Assembly: GCA_951406725.2 (NCBI GenBank)
Contig: OX597839.1
Location: 620,001 to 684,000 of the forward strand
Length of the DNA stretch: 64,000 nucleotides
Direction: 5' to 3'
DNA from: Octopus vulgaris
Taxonomy: Eukaryota
Shown: in pieces, positions 41,291-56,362 of the stretch
How the letters are laid out: each line of letters starts with the position of its first letter
How positions within the stretch are numbered: the stretch's first letter is position 1
Notes under the pieces: model-generated
What the model was told of the DNA's origin: nothing
Databases searched by the model: none
The model's input: only the letters and a program-made list of their open reading frames with translations
Position numbers and translations under genes: made by a program

Positions 41291-41459
41291 CAAGAGTAAG
41301 ATTGTCAATTCTGCCGAGGTTGACTTTGCGTACTGGGGTCGATCTAATCGATAGACCCCACTCCCTAAAAATTTCGGAACTTGTGGCCTAGAGTAGAAAA
41401 AAGAAAAAAAAATTATGAAGATAGTTAAATCCATGAACTTTAACAACCGTAATAATAGC

Positions 41460-41680
41460 TATTTCTTTATTACCCACAAGGGGCTAAACACAGAGGGGAC
41501 AAAGAATGGCATTAAGTCGATTACATCGACCCCAATGCATAAATGGTACTTATTTAATCGACCCCGAAAGGATGAAAGGCGAAGTCGACCTCGGCGGAAT
41601 TTGAACTCACAACGTAACGCAGACGAAATACCGCTAAGCATTTCGCCCGGCGTGCTAACGTTTCTGCCAGCTCGCCGCCT
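41460..41680 (-). mobile_element. SINE family B
   Basis: Full-length, including the GGCGGCGAGCTGGCAG head. Confidence 0.8.
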
Positions 41681-42255
41681 TATAAATGTTACACATTTTT
41701 GCCAGCTGAGTGGACTGGAGCAATGTGAAATGAAGTGTTTTGCTCAAGAACACAACGCGTCGCCCGGTCCAGGAATCGAAACCACAATCTTACGATCATG
41801 ATGCTGACAGCCTAAGCCACGCGCACACAATTTGTAAGAGAGTTTAAAGTACAAAACAGTTATTACAAGGGAGACTACTCGTGTTTTAATTCCAGGGAAG
41901 TAACTCTCATCAGAAATTCGATTAGAAACTGTGACACGTGCTCATGAGTTGCTAGGAGGAGTTAAGTCGATTACATCGGCACCATTGTTCAACTGGTACT
42001 TATTTTATCGAACCCGAAAGACAAGGTCGACCTCGGCGGCATTTGAACTCAAAGCATGAAGACGGACGAAATGCTGCTAAGCATTTCCCCCAGATGTCTG
42101 TCTTTCTCATCCGAAATCCTGGCGAAGAATTTAACACAGAAAAAAAGAAAGAAAATGGCAGAAAACAAAACGGAAATGAAAGGAAAACCCTCATAAGGGA
42201 CAGTTACTTGTGGCCAATAAAAGACCCGAATATGCCAGTATCAACGCTTCTTTTA

Positions 42256-42425
42256 GGCGCAGGAGTGGCTGTGTGGTAAGTAGCTTGTTTACCAACCACA
42301 TGGTTCCGGGTTCAGTCCCACTGCATGGCAACTTGGGCAAGTGTCATCAACAATAGCCTCGGGCCGACCAAAGCCTTGTGAGTGGATTTGGTAGACGGAA
42401 ACTGAAAGAAGCCTGTCGTATATAT

Positions 42426-42458
<33 letters not shown>

Positions 42459-42651
42459 CGTGTGTGCTTGACAACCAATGCTGGTGTGTTTACGTCCCCG
42501 TCACTTAGCGGTTCGGCAAAAAGAGACCGATAGAATAAGTACTGGGCTTACAAAGAATAAGTCCCGGGGTCGATTTGCTCGACTAAAGGCGGTGCTCCAG
42601 CATGGCCGCAGTCAAATGACTGAAACGAGTAAAAGAGTTAAGAGTAAAGAG
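42256..42651 (+). mobile_element. SINE family A
   Basis: Full-length. An inverted head fragment lies at 42810-42970. Confidence 0.9.
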
Positions 42652-43914
42652 TATAATATATCTAGGAATATATTATCCAATGTGAACTTACATTTTGTTG
42701 ATGTTGCTTGTTTGTTTGTGTGTTGAGCGAAGCGGTCTTCGTCCTTGTAGTGGTAGAAGTCCGAAACGTGGTCCTTTGCTATTCGTAAGACCCGCCTTTA
42801 GTCTTCTTTGGGCTTCTTTCAGTTTCCGTCTACCAAATCCACTCACAAAGCATTGGTCGGCCCCGGGGCTATAGCAGAAGACACTTGCCCAAGATGCCAC
42901 GCAGTGGGACTGAACCCGGAACCATGCGGTTGGTTAGCAAGCTACTTACCACACAGCCACTCCGGCGCCTATTAGTTTTTAAAATGATCCATTCGTCAAT
43001 GTTATTCTAAATATTATATGAAAGACAACAAAAACGGAGATAATCATGACTAGAAAGTATTTTGGTCAAAATTCGACCTGACCAGACAACAACCGGCAAC
43101 CACAAATTTCTAGAGTTCTACATGATCGATGTTGCAAACACAATCTTTCCTGAACTTAACCATACCACCTATTCTTTATACCGCTTGTTAGCGGTAGATT
43201 TGAATTACTGTAGCAATCAAAGATAATGTTTTGGACGAATATGAAAGTACGACAATTGCTTGAAGGTTTTATAAATACAGTTTTCTCAATATTCTGAAAA
43301 TAGCATTCTGCTGAGGTTGACTTTGCATTTCATCCTTTCAAGGTTGATACATTTAAGTACCAGTTGGTTGAAGGATACGCCCACCAAACTGTACTGCTCA
43401 CTATGAGAAAAAATGTTTATTTAATGTGAACCATATTGCTGGAACCGCAAGCAGTCCAACATCCCGAATCCAGTGAGGACTCCTTATTTGTAAAAAAATA
43501 TAAGTACAGACAACGACCCCCACTGGGCCCACGAGACAAAGGTCTTACCTTGCAGCAGCTTCCTTTGGTAGGCTAAACACTGCCGGTTATCTTCTTCAGT
43601 GGACAACACAATGACACATGCGCACACTGACAACAGAGACTCATTGGTAAGCAAGCTACTTACCACACAACCACGCCTGCGCCTGTTCTTGTTTCAGTCA
43701 TTTGACAGCTGTCATGCTGGAGCGCCGACTTAAGGGAGTTTTTAATACAAGAAATCGACACCAGGAATTATTCTTTGTAAGCCTAGTACTTATTCTATCG
43801 GTCTCTTTTGCCGAACTATTAAATTACGGGGACGTAAACGCACAAACAACGGCTGTAAAGCGATGGTGGTGTGGACAAACACTGACACACACAGAGACAC
43901 ACACACACACACAT

Positions 43915-44021
<107 letters not shown>

Positions 44022-45275
44022 AGCTTAAAAGCCACCCAATCGAACGGCTTTTAAGCCGGCTCCTGTGGAGGGCTCTTCGCTAGGTCTTGGGCCCAATAAT
44101 GACACTTCATGCATTGGGTACCTAATAAATTTTATTAAACTTGACCAATATTTTTCAAGCAATAAACAATTTTCATCAAAGCAATGATATAATTTGTCGA
44201 CTTGGAACTTATTGCAAAGCTGAATGATAAGCAACCTTTTTTGTCTTCCCATTCGGGAGTCAGTACAATCGTTTTCCTGTCTAACCTCTTTCTTTCTTTC
44301 TTTCTCAATCTCTCTCTCTCTCTCTGTTAATTGTTTTCAACCATCACCATCACCAATACAAACACAACTGCTATACACACACCATTCAGACGTCTGATGC
44401 CACAACCATCAATACCTTTAACTTCGCCGCCTTTCTCTCCACCACCATTACCACTGTCTTTCACATCGCTTACTATCACTTTCGTCCTTGACTGCCTCGG
44501 CTACCACCACCATCACCACCACCACCACCATCACCACCACCACCACCATCACCGTCGTCTCTGCCTCTATCACAACTACAGCTCATACTATTACTATCAC
44601 CCCATTACCATCTCAACTGTCAATCTACTACCACCCTGACCGTCTGTATACCTACTATTACTTACACCCAATCAAGAGGAATAGTGAGAGAGGGGGTTAA
44701 AGTGTGACACACTGACTCTCACTACCTCCATCCAAACTGTGTATACATGTTGAACTAAGATCCAGTTCAATAATGGGATAATTGAATTTCAATAAAAATC
44801 GATAATGGACCAACTACGGGGGTTGGGCTACTACATGATAAAATGAGAGGGGTGCAAAATTGTTAAGTTCAAGGAAATGTGAAAAATGGTGGTGGGTGAT
44901 ATCAGGGAAGGAGAGGAGACAGAAAGAGATAGGCACTTTGGGAATGAGAGACAGACAGACAGAACGACAGACATGGACACTTCCATATATATAAAAGAGA
45001 ATTTATGTATGTGTGTGTGCATCTTCCTTGTGCATTCGAAAACTGAGTTGCCGATTTTGGTGTATGGGGTATCAAAAGATTCAGCAATCTTATGACTACA
45101 AAGCAAACTTATTTTCATTTAGATATTTGCATTACAAAAATTTTACAATAATCTTTTCTATAAGTCAACTATCGGAAACATTTTATACCACGACAACGAC
45201 GTCGACGTTACATTCTCTATATGAGTGTGTATCTTAAAAGACATCCATTTCTCTATATGTTATGACGAAATACAG

Positions 45276-45317
<42 letters not shown>

Positions 45318-45496
45318 TCTCTCTCTCTCTCATGCACACGCACACATATATACAAAAAGATGCCTGTATATGTATTTATGGAATTGTATATGCAAGGTGT
45401 GTGTGACAGAGAGAGACCGAGTGCTATTTACACATACAACACACACTTTCACTCACTCATTCTCTCAGCACATGCACACACGCACGCGCGCGCGGA

Positions 45497-45557
<61 letters not shown>

Positions 45558-46817
45558 ACATACCTCCATTTCATATACACGTACATATACCACTTTCTCC
45601 TCTCTTTCACTTTCTGCTCTCACTTCAAATCAAATTTTACGGTTTCACTTTCTCTTTCACTTGCTTCTCTCTTCAAAGCATAAAGAAATAAAAAAAAATT
45701 ACGGAAATTAACGAAAACATTCGAAAACTGAGTTGCCGAGTTTGACGTATGGGGTATTAAAAGATTCAGTAATCTTTTGGCTAACAAATAACCTTTAATT
45801 TCATTTACATATTTGCATTACAAAAACTTATCATTATAATTTTTCTATAATTCAACTATCTTAAACGACATTTTATACCACCACAAAAAAGATGTATGCA
45901 TATGTATTTATGCACATGTATATGAAAAATAATGCATGTGTGAGTGAGAGAGAGAGCCACTTACACATACATGCAAAAAAATACATACATGACAACACAC
46001 ACCTTTCTCTCTCACATACGCACACACACACTCTCTCTTTCTCTCTCTCTCCGTAAAACTTCTGTATGAATTGTGTTATTTCTTGCTATGTGCAAGCTTA
46101 AAATTACAGCTCAAATCTAATAGAGATCACCTTTTTCTATTCTGTAATTCGTGTTTGTAATGAGTGCGTTTAAATTTAAAAGTTCTCCCAGAAATCTTAG
46201 TCCTTTACCTGTTGTTTCTAGCATGTCATCCTAAGTGACATTTGTGCCCGTGCTCCTGATTTTTCCCTAAATTTCTTCCGATTCCTATGTTTTCACTACA
46301 GGGAATTAATATTTCACCCCCAAAACACGTTCCCAATATTTTAATTTTCTCCCTCCCCATCCCAATTTCTTCATTTTTTACTTTTTACCAATTTTTTCTT
46401 GGTAATCAACGGAGAAAAACCCCAGGGAGTATGAATCTTCTGCCTTCGTTTTTCTTAAATGAACACTAAAATCTCCTTCATAAACATCCACCCATCACCT
46501 CACCACTTTCGAAAAACTACAAACTCCTAATGTTTCACAATTAGCGTTTTGGAAATTTTAGCTTCTTCAGAAACCATGTCATTTACCTGTTGTTTCTAGC
46601 ATGTCGGGTTTTCTGGTGGTGCTCTGATATTTTTTTACGTCTGCTATTTCAGTATAATTCTACACATTCCTGAAACATCAGACAAAAGTGAAACTTTGGG
46701 TGTTTTTAGCTTTTCGAAAGCGAGTAGGTGATGTGTGGGTGAAGTGGGTGAAGGTTTCTTTTAAAAAATTTAAACTTTATAATATATATATATATATATT
46801 TCACAGATTCGTAATCT

Positions 46818-47035
46818 CTCTTTACTCTTTTACTCTTTTACTTGTTTCAGTCATTTGACTGCGGCCATGCTGGAGCACCGCCTTTAGTCGAGCAAATCGA
46901 TCCCTGGGACTTATTCTTTGTAAGCCCAGTACTTATTCTATCGGTCTCTTTTTGCTGAACCGCTAATTGACGGGGACATAAACACACCAGCATCGGTTGT
47001 CAAGCAATGCTAGGGGGACAAACACAGACACACAA

Positions 47036-47121
<86 letters not shown>

Positions 47122-47284
47122 GACAGGCTTCTTTCAGTTTCCGTCTACCAAATCCACTCACAAGGCATTGGTCGGCCCGAGGCTATAGTAGAAGACATTT
47201 GCCCTAGGTGCCACGCAGTGGGACTGAACCCGGAACCATGTGGTTGATAAACAAGCTACTTACCACACAGCCACTCCTGCGCCT
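46818..47284 (-). mobile_element. SINE family A
   Basis: Full-length. Confidence 0.9.
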
Positions 47285-47831
47285 GGGTTTATTTACATTT
47301 CTGAGGAAAAAAGATACTCTTCCCCCCACCTCTAACCCTAACCCTAAAACAGATTGAAATGCAACAGATCGATATTAGGGTCTTAATTATGGGTGACAAT
47401 TTCATATGAAACTGCTAGAAAAAAACTGCCGTTCAAACCGAAAAGATCCGACCGCTTTCCTATGACAGTACCAGGTAAAACATTTAGAAGTATGAAAGAA
47501 GTCTCTCGTGAGAATGTGTGTCTGTCCGCGTGCATCACTAAAACTCGAGAACTACCCAAACGATTTCATTCAAATTTTACACGTACACTACTTAGAGTCC
47601 ATACACTGTCATGGGCCACAAAAATGTTGAACTTGTTGCCTAATGCGTGCCCGGGGCAAACTCTTAAACATTTTCGGTATTACATGTCGAAAGTGAAACA
47701 ATAACATTTCTATAAGGTGAGATAATAGTTTCAGCTTTCACAGTTTCACTATTAATACTTTCACTATCTATATATATATACATAGTCAAAGTCGGGAAAC
47801 TATTCAAAGGGAAACTAGTATCACACATTAC

Positions 47832-47886
<55 letters not shown>

Positions 47887-47943
47887 GTGAGATAGTAGTT
47901 TCCCAACTAATAGTTTCAATATATATATATGTATTTATAGGTT

Positions 47944-48019
<76 letters not shown>

Positions 48020-48063
48020 CGTGCGTACGTGTGTGTATACGTATACATATATATGTATATATA

Positions 48064-48443
48064 GGATCTTAACCTATTGACGTACAGATTTTTTAAAAAT
48101 AAGTTTTTGTAACAAAACACTTTCAAACTTCGGACACTGGTAGAATGTGTCATATAAATCCTGTTTTACTGTTAGCATTTTTGAGAAAAACTTATATTTA
48201 CGAAGTAATTTCACGTTAAAGTAGGCCTATTTCGGTAATTTCAACCAATCAATGACGTGTATTCAGCTGAATAAAATTACCGCCGTTGCTTGTGAACAAG
48301 AACTTCTGGCGGTGTATTTTTCGTTTGTCACTGTTATTTATGACAACCCTAACCCTAAAACCCTAAAATCCTAGCCCTAACCCTAACCCTAAAACCTTAA
48401 AGCTAAAACCAGTACAAACGCACGAACGATGTCATAAAGATCC
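48064..48443. mobile_element. MITE with GGATCTT TIRs, TA flanks and internal (CCCTAA)n
   Basis: ta-GGATCTT...AAGATCC-ta with telomere-like repeats at 48346-48400. Related pieces at 47285-47449 and 56600-56815. Confidence 0.6.
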
Positions 48444-48669
48444 TATATATGTATACATATACCTGTATATATGTATATATATACATGTGTATATATATAC
48501 ATATATATACATATATATACATGTGTATATATATATACATCTATATATATGTATATACATTTATGTATTAACTTTGTTGGGTACTTCACTAGCAGTATAT
48601 TGGATATATGGTATCCCATGGAGGGTTGCATTTACAACCCCTATCTCAATTTGTAACTTATGTATACTA

Positions 48670-48753
<84 letters not shown>

Positions 48754-49744
48754 GTATAGATATATATGTATATATATGTATAGCAGTTCAGCAAAAGGCT
48801 TGAAAAAAAAAAGAATAATTGGTGAGATCAATTCATTCGACTAAAAATTCATCAAGGCGGTGCCCCAGCATGGCCATAGCCTGGTGACTGAAACAAGCCA
48901 AAGATACGCATATAATGGTGCTTCTTGCTCGACCATTTGACCAGCGGTGCTGGTTTGCTGGTATGTTTGTGTCCTTGTAACTTAGCGATTCGGCAAAAGA
49001 CAACCGATAAAATAAGTTCCAGACTTGAAAAAAAAAAAACAAAAAAAAAAAAACAGAAAAAAAATCAGGTATAAACCTAAGTACTGGAGTCCATGTTTTT
49101 TTCAACTAGATCCTTCAAAGCCTTGCTCCAGCTAGGCCGCTCTTCGATGATAATATTAGAAAATATGTGAGAAATAAGTAGAAGTTAAGACAAGGACTGT
49201 GTCAATGAGTTTAGTACAGAGTACAATGTAGAGGGTGGTGGGAGTAATGGCACTTGAGAAGAAGGTGGTGGAGGTAGTGGTGATTGTACTGATAGTAGTG
49301 ATAGCCGTTGCGAAGAAGCGAAACTGAAAGTGAAACTATTTGCTTTCTGGGAATAACAACTATCTTGGAATAAATGTGTGTTTGGCGCGCGCGCGCGCGT
49401 GTCTGCCAGGGACGGCGAGGCAGATGGAGGGGTGCATAGACAGAGCGAGATAATGAGATACAGATAAGGAGAGAGAGAGAGAGAGAGAGAATGTGATTGT
49501 GGGTGTGTATGAATGCGTATTTGTTTGTGTGTATGTGTAAGAGAAATAATTGAAATACACAGACGGAGAACAAGATAGAGTGAGACAGACAGAGGTGCAA
49601 TTAATGAGAGAGAGAGGGGGGGAGGGAGAGTGTTTGTGCGTGTGTACATACATATGTATGCGTGTGTGCGTGTTTGCCAGATATATAGTGACAAACGTAT
49701 ATACATACATACATATACATACATACATATACATACATATATAT

Positions 49745-49970
49745 TCTTTTATTTGTTTCAGTCATTTGACTGCGGCCATGCTGGAGCACCGCCTTTTATG
49801 CCGAGCAAATTGCCCCCCCAGGACTTATTCTTTGTAAGCCTAGTACTTGCCGAATCGCAAAGTACCGAAAGACATGAATACACCAACATCGGTTGTCAAG
49901 CGATGTTGGAGAGACAAACACAGGCACACAAACATACATACATACAAGCATACATACATACATACATACA

Positions 49971-50004
<34 letters not shown>

Positions 50005-50006
50005 CA

Positions 50007-50037
<31 letters not shown>

Positions 50038-50038
50038 A

Positions 50039-50089
<51 letters not shown>

Positions 50090-50236
50090 GATGGGTTTCT
50101 TTCAGTTTCCGTCTACCAAATCCACTCACAGGGCTTTGGTCGGCCCGAGGGTATAGTAGAAGACACTTGCCCGAAGTACCACGCAGTGGTACTGAACCCG
50201 GAACCGTGTGGTTGGTAAGCAAGCTACTTACCACAC
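49745..50236 (-). mobile_element. SINE family A
   Basis: Family match. Confidence 0.8.
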
Positions 50237-50932
50237 TTTTATACCTATATATGCACACATATTCTTTTTATTCCTTTACTGGTTTGAACACGAGCTGTCG
50301 CCATACATATATACATACAAACGAACAAAAATACCCTGTTGTTGATGTTGAAATTCCAATGAAGGAGCCTTGGATCTAGGTTAGAAACCGGTTCTTTCTC
50401 TATTGGCAAGAAATCTTGAAATAAAACTGAACAATGGCATACATGCATATATTCCTTCTCACACGCATATATATGTACAAATATATCTATACACGCATAT
50501 ATACGTACACACATATATACGTATACACACACACACACATACACACATACATGCACTTCTATATCCAAACAAGCATTTTACACATGCACACACAAAAACA
50601 AACTGTCATACGATGTGTATACGTGCATCCCTTAAGTCCTTATATACATGCTTTCACAAACAAGCATGGGTTTATTAAATATTCTGTAACAAAATCTGCA
50701 CGCATGGTTTTATTTGCGGATGTATGTATTCACATATGCTCCAGATATATATATACATGTGTGTTTGCTACAGTGGCTGTGTGGTAAATAGATTGCTTCT
50801 TAACTGCATGATGCTGTGTTGACTTCCACTCATGGCATCTTGAACAACTGTCTTTTACTATAACCCCAGGTCGACCAAAACCTTGTGAGTGGATTTGGTA
50901 GACGAGAAGACAGAAAATGAAAGATGCCCGTC

Positions 50933-50965
<33 letters not shown>

Positions 50966-51102
50966 AAAAAAGCTTTTTTCCTATTTGTAATCACCCCACT
51001 TTGTCGTATGGTTAACACCATATAGATTTCTGGTGCATCCTAGTTAAGGACCATATTCATGTGAATTCATTAGAATTCACTTGAATCTCAATTACTTAAA
51101 CC

Positions 51103-51143
<41 letters not shown>

Positions 51144-51222
51144 GAATTTATATAAAAAAAGACGAAGATAGGTGTGTAAACAACAAACAGATGTATTAGC
51201 TTAATGCTCGGGAAGCAATACA

Positions 51223-51260
51223 GTCTTTGACGTTTCGAACCTACGCTCTTCGACAGAAAG
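51223..51260 (-). ncRNA. Minimal hammerhead-like motif (A6U core)
   Basis: Minus strand: cttt-CTGTCGA-A-GAGC/gtag/GTTC-GAAA-CG-TC-aaag. Confidence 0.5.
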
Positions 51261-51717
51261 GAACACAGAAATAAAGATGGAGAGAAAATAAAGAATGTTT
51301 ATATATATATATAAACAAATTAGGTACTTGGATCAATTCCTTTAACTAAACACTCTTCAAGGCGATGCCCCAGCATGGCCGCGGTCTAATGACGGAAACA
51401 ATTCAAAGATGTGCATATAACGGTGTTCTTTTCCCGACCACTTGACCAGTGGTGCTGGCATGCTGGTATGTTTATATCCTTGTAACTTTGCGGTTCGGCA
51501 AAAGATAACTGATAGAAGAAGTAGCAGATTTTAAAATAAAAACAACACAAAATAAAACCTAAGTAACGGGGTCCATATACGATTGTTAAGGGTCCACGTA
51601 ACGAAATAGTTATTAAACATCAAATGACGATAGGGGTCAACTAGAATAAAATAGTAATCAAAGGGGTCTATAGGTAAAAAAAAAAATGATAGAGAACCGC
51701 TAGTTTACCCCTTAGTC

Positions 51718-51890
51718 CAGTGGCTCCCATTCGGGGTCCATATGGCCTCTGTGACCATATGGACCCCGATACGGAGGTGGGGGTTCAAAAAGCGAAATAA
51801 TAAATTAGGGACCCACAATAATAGTATGACGGCCTCTGGAAAAATTTTGCTTTTCATGTATGTACTGGTATTTATTGGAAGAAATAGCTA

Positions 51891-51945
<55 letters not shown>

Positions 51946-52120
51946 GTTTATATATTTTAATCAACACATGTTAATGTGTGGAAAACAAAATAAGAATTTT
52001 GAAAGAAATTTCTATAAACTAGTTTTTAAACATCAGATGGCTATAGTGGTCCATAGGAATAAAACAGCAATCAAACGGGTCCATAGATTAATAAAAAAAA
52101 AAAACGGTTGAGAACTCCTG
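51718..52120. mobile_element. hAT/Charlie-like MITE
   Basis: CAGTGGCTCCCA...TGAGAACTCCTG ends and subterminal GGTCCA repeats. The 8-bp flanks both have a central TA but are not identical. Confidence 0.45.
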
Positions 52121-52426
52121 ACCTAAACCCTTCAGAGCCTTAATTCAGCTGGGCCACTATTCAATGACAGTAACAGTATAACTAGAAGTATGCAGAAGTT
52201 AAGACAAGCATGAGTCAGTAAAAATTTTTTTTAATTCCAAGGTGGAAATAATGACACTTGAGAAGGAGGTGGTGGTAGTGGTGGTGGCGACGGTAGTGGC
52301 AATCGTATTGATAGTGATAGTCATCGTGGTTAGCCATACAGAAGTGAAAGTGAAACTACCTGCAATCTTGGAACAGCAAAACTGAAACGAGTATATTCTT
52401 GTGAGAATGATTTGAACAGTTATAGG

Positions 52427-52477
<51 letters not shown>

Positions 52478-52598
52478 TAGATAAAGGAGGGAGGGAGAGA
52501 AAGACAGGGGAAAGAGACAGAAAGAAAAGGAGAAATATACACATGACGGAGAAAGGCGGTGGGATATAGAAAAAAGGTTAAAGTGTGAGTAAAGCGTG

Positions 52599-52606
52599 TA
52601 TATAAA
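52599..52606 (+). promoter_or_regulatory. TATA box of the P450 gene
   Basis: TATATAAA about 70 nt upstream of the ATG at 52672. Confidence 0.5.
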
Positions 52607-52671
52607 GCAACTTTTTGCTTTATTTCACATACTTTGGTTAAACGTAATTCGCAGAAGAAACAGGAGCAACG

Positions 52672-52745
52672 ATGGACGTGCTCGACTTGAGAGATCATTC
52701 CATGACTTTGGCACTTTTGGCTGGGCTCATTTTAGCAATTTACCT
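52672..52745 (+). CDS. CYP3-clan cytochrome P450, exon 1 (membrane anchor [25 protein letters not shown])
   Basis: ATG, hydrophobic anchor and phase-2 donor GTGAGT. Same junction position and phase as vertebrate CYP3A intron 1. Confidence 0.8.
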
Positions 52746-52831
52746 GTGAGTACTGTATTTATTTCTAACCAACGAACACAATGTACACAATACGCACACC
52801 TGCACACAACAACAAACACACGCAGACATAA

Positions 52832-53074
<243 letters not shown>

Positions 53075-53173
53075 ATATAATATATATATATATACACGTA
53101 CATATAATATATATTAATGTACATATGCATTAAAATATATACATATATTTTTATATATATATATATATATATA

Positions 53174-53608
53174 TGAAATAAAAATTAAAAAATAAATAAT
53201 TAAATAAAATAATAATAAATATATATATATATATTTATAATTTATAAGTTTAAATTATTAATTTAAATAATTTTTTTAAAATTTTAACTTTAATTAAAAT
53301 ATTTTAATTGGATTTTTAGATTTTATATTTTTTATATATTTTTTAATTAATTTTATTTCTATATATATATATTTAAATTAGAGATAAAACCACTATTAGG
53401 CAAATCAAACACTGAAAATCATAAGCCAATACATAGAAATAAAATTAATTAAAAAATATATAAAAAATATAAAATCTAAAAATCCAATTAAAATATTTTA
53501 ATTAAAGTTAAAATTTTAAAAAATTATTTAAATTAATAATTTAAACTTATAAATTATAAATATATATATATTTTTATTATTATTTTATTAAATTATTTAT
53601 TTTTTTTT

Positions 53609-53618
<10 letters not shown>
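53174..53618. mobile_element. AT-rich fold-back element (~190-bp arms)
   Basis: 53174-53362 vs 53432-53618 inverted. Same family as 2431-3482. Confidence 0.75.
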
Positions 53619-53672
<54 letters not shown>

Positions 53673-53749
53673 TGATAGTTGAGGTGTGTTCTGTGTTTAG
53701 ACTCTTACTTTTTACATATGTTAATATGTATATATAAATAAGAGGTCGA

Positions 53750-54115
53750 GTTGGGCGAAATGCTTAGTGGTATTTCGTCTGCCGTTACGTTCTGAGTTCA
53801 AATTCCGCCGAGGTCGACTTTGCATTTTATCCTTTCGGGGGTCGATTAAACAAGTACTAGTTTCGCACTGGGGTCGATATAATCGACTTAGTCCGTTTGT
53901 CTGTCCTTGTTTGTCCCTTCTACGTTTAGCCCTTTGTGGGTAGTAAAGAAATATCTATTTCGTCTGTCTTTACGTTCTGAGTTCAAATTCCGCCGAGGTC
54001 GACTTTGCTTTTCATCCTTTAGGAGTCGATAAATTAAGTACCAGTTGCGTACTGGGGTTGATCTAATCGACTGGCCCCCTCCCCCAAAATTTCGGGCCTT
54101 GTGCCTTGAGTAGAA
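53750..54115 (+). mobile_element. SINE family B, dimer with two different 3' tails
   Basis: B box and core repeated at about 53775 and 53960. Confidence 0.75.
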
Positions 54116-54486
54116 AGCAATATATATATATATATATATAAAGTGAAAACGCGTGGTCTAGTGGCCAGGGTGTCTGGCCCACGTTCTTAAGTCAAGAGTT
54201 CAATTCATTCGACAAAATGGCTTATAATTTAATTGACCCTATACATTCAGCTGGCAAAAGTGAGGTGTACCTGTAGTTAAATGGTCCAAGCTGAATCTGA
54301 CTCAGGGGTACGTGTGTCTTTGGAGTGCTCTGGCACTTTTACGTTCACTTCAGGAGCAGGCTATTCAATTGATCGGATTCACTGGAACTAGCGCCGTCAT
54401 AAGGGATGGAATGCATGTATATATATACGCCAGAGATTTTTTTTTTTACAAAAACGATCTATATATATAAAGATAAATATATAAAA

Positions 54487-54566
<80 letters not shown>

Positions 54567-54668
54567 TTTTAAATATTTATGTACATATATATATATATAT
54601 GGAAATAAATGCAAAACAAGATGGAAGGAATAGTACTCGAAAACAGAAGGTAGAGTAATATGTTTTTA

Positions 54669-54727
<59 letters not shown>

Positions 54728-55546
54728 TATATATATACATATATATAAATACATATATAAATATATACATATATATAAAAATATACACATACATAAATAT
54801 ATACATATGATATATGTATATATATATACATATAAATATATATATACATATATAAAAATATACACATAAAAATATATGCATATGTATATATAAATGTATA
54901 TACATATATGTATATATACATACATATATATATATATATTTATATATATATACATATACATATATGTATACATATATACATATATGTATATATATATATA
55001 ATATTTGTATCTATATATATACATATGTGTATATATATATATATTTACATATATGTGTATATATATATATTTATACATACATATATATATGCATATATAT
55101 ATATATATATTTATATACATATATATATGCATACATACATATATGCATGCATATATATATATATATATATATGCATATGCATGCATATATATATATGCAT
55201 GCATATATACACTTACATATATAAATATATATAGACATACATACATTTGTATATATGCATGTAATCTGTCTCAGTATCTTCCTCTCTCCTTGTGAATTTC
55301 CCATTATCTCACCCTCTTGTGCTGCTTTCCATTTGCGTAATAGTTTATGTGATGCACACTAACACACCATGATGTTTTGGTATTTTTGTTGTGATCATTA
55401 TGCTAGTTTCATTTTCGATTGTTTACTACGCAATTTACTTTCACTTTCTGTTTACCTTATCCACTCACGAATCTTTTGTCGGCACGCATCTTTACTAGAA
55501 GACACGCACACGGACTGAAACAAGTGTTAGGGAAGCTTCAAATCAT

Positions 55547-55585
<39 letters not shown>

Positions 55586-55638
55586 ATATATAAGAGAAAA
55601 AATCTATCAGAAAAGAACTCTATCTCTCTTAAAAAATA

Positions 55639-55678
55639 TCTTTTGATAAGCATAACAAATGCGCAACCGGTAAAAAGA
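55639..55678 (+). ncRNA. Hammerhead-like motif, U3:A8 variant (one core mismatch)
   Basis: tctt-TTGATAA-GCAT/aacaa/ATGC-GCAA-CCGG-TA-aaaaga. Confidence 0.5.
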
Positions 55679-55753
55679 ACTTTCACCTAATTAAATACAC
55701 TCTCCCTTACTTAAATTATTTTGTCAGCATTTTCTTCATTTCCTTTTTTTATA

Positions 55754-55799
<46 letters not shown>

Positions 55800-55988
55800 C
55801 CTGTACTCTATTTTTTTTTGCTGTTTTTAAATAAATGTCCAGTTCCTTTGGTTTGTGTCTATGTTTTCGCCTCTCATTGTGTTCGACGTCCTTTTGGTGT
55901 CCTGTACTCATATATGCGTGTATATGTACATGTAGAGGTAGGTACGTACATATATGTTTATATATATGCATATCTTTTATTTTATTTA

Positions 55989-56025
<37 letters not shown>

Positions 56026-56362
56026 GTGAAGGCGCATGGCTCAGTGGTTAGAGCGTCGAGCTTACGATCGTGAGGTTGTGAGCTCGAATCCCGGACCGGG
56101 CTGCGTGTTGTGTTCTTGAGCAAAGCACTTTATTTCACGTTGCTCCAGTTCACTCAGCTGTAGAAATGAGTTGCGACGTCACTGGTGCCAAGCTGTATCG
56201 ACCTTTGTCTTTCCCTTGGATAACACTGGTGTCGTGGAGAGGGGAGGCTGGTATGCATGGGCGACTGCTGGTCTTCCATAAACAACCTTGCCCGGACTTG
56301 TGTCTAGGTGGGTAACTTTCTAGGTGCAATCCCATGGTCATTCATGACCGAAGGGGGGTCTT
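56026..56362 (+). mobile_element. SINE family C
   Basis: Near-identical to 18608-18948. Confidence 0.8.

Noticed and set aside
44331-44700. Poly-His/Thr ORFs
   Set aside because: (CAC/CAT)n trinucleotide repeat with no splice or domain support.
44690-46790. Helentron/DINE-like non-autonomous elements (also 56830-57350)
   Set aside because: Suggestive ends and local duplications (45033-45195 vs 45718-45885), but boundaries could not be defined.
48346-48400. Telomere or chromosome fusion site
   Set aside because: Short, degenerate and internal to a TIR element.
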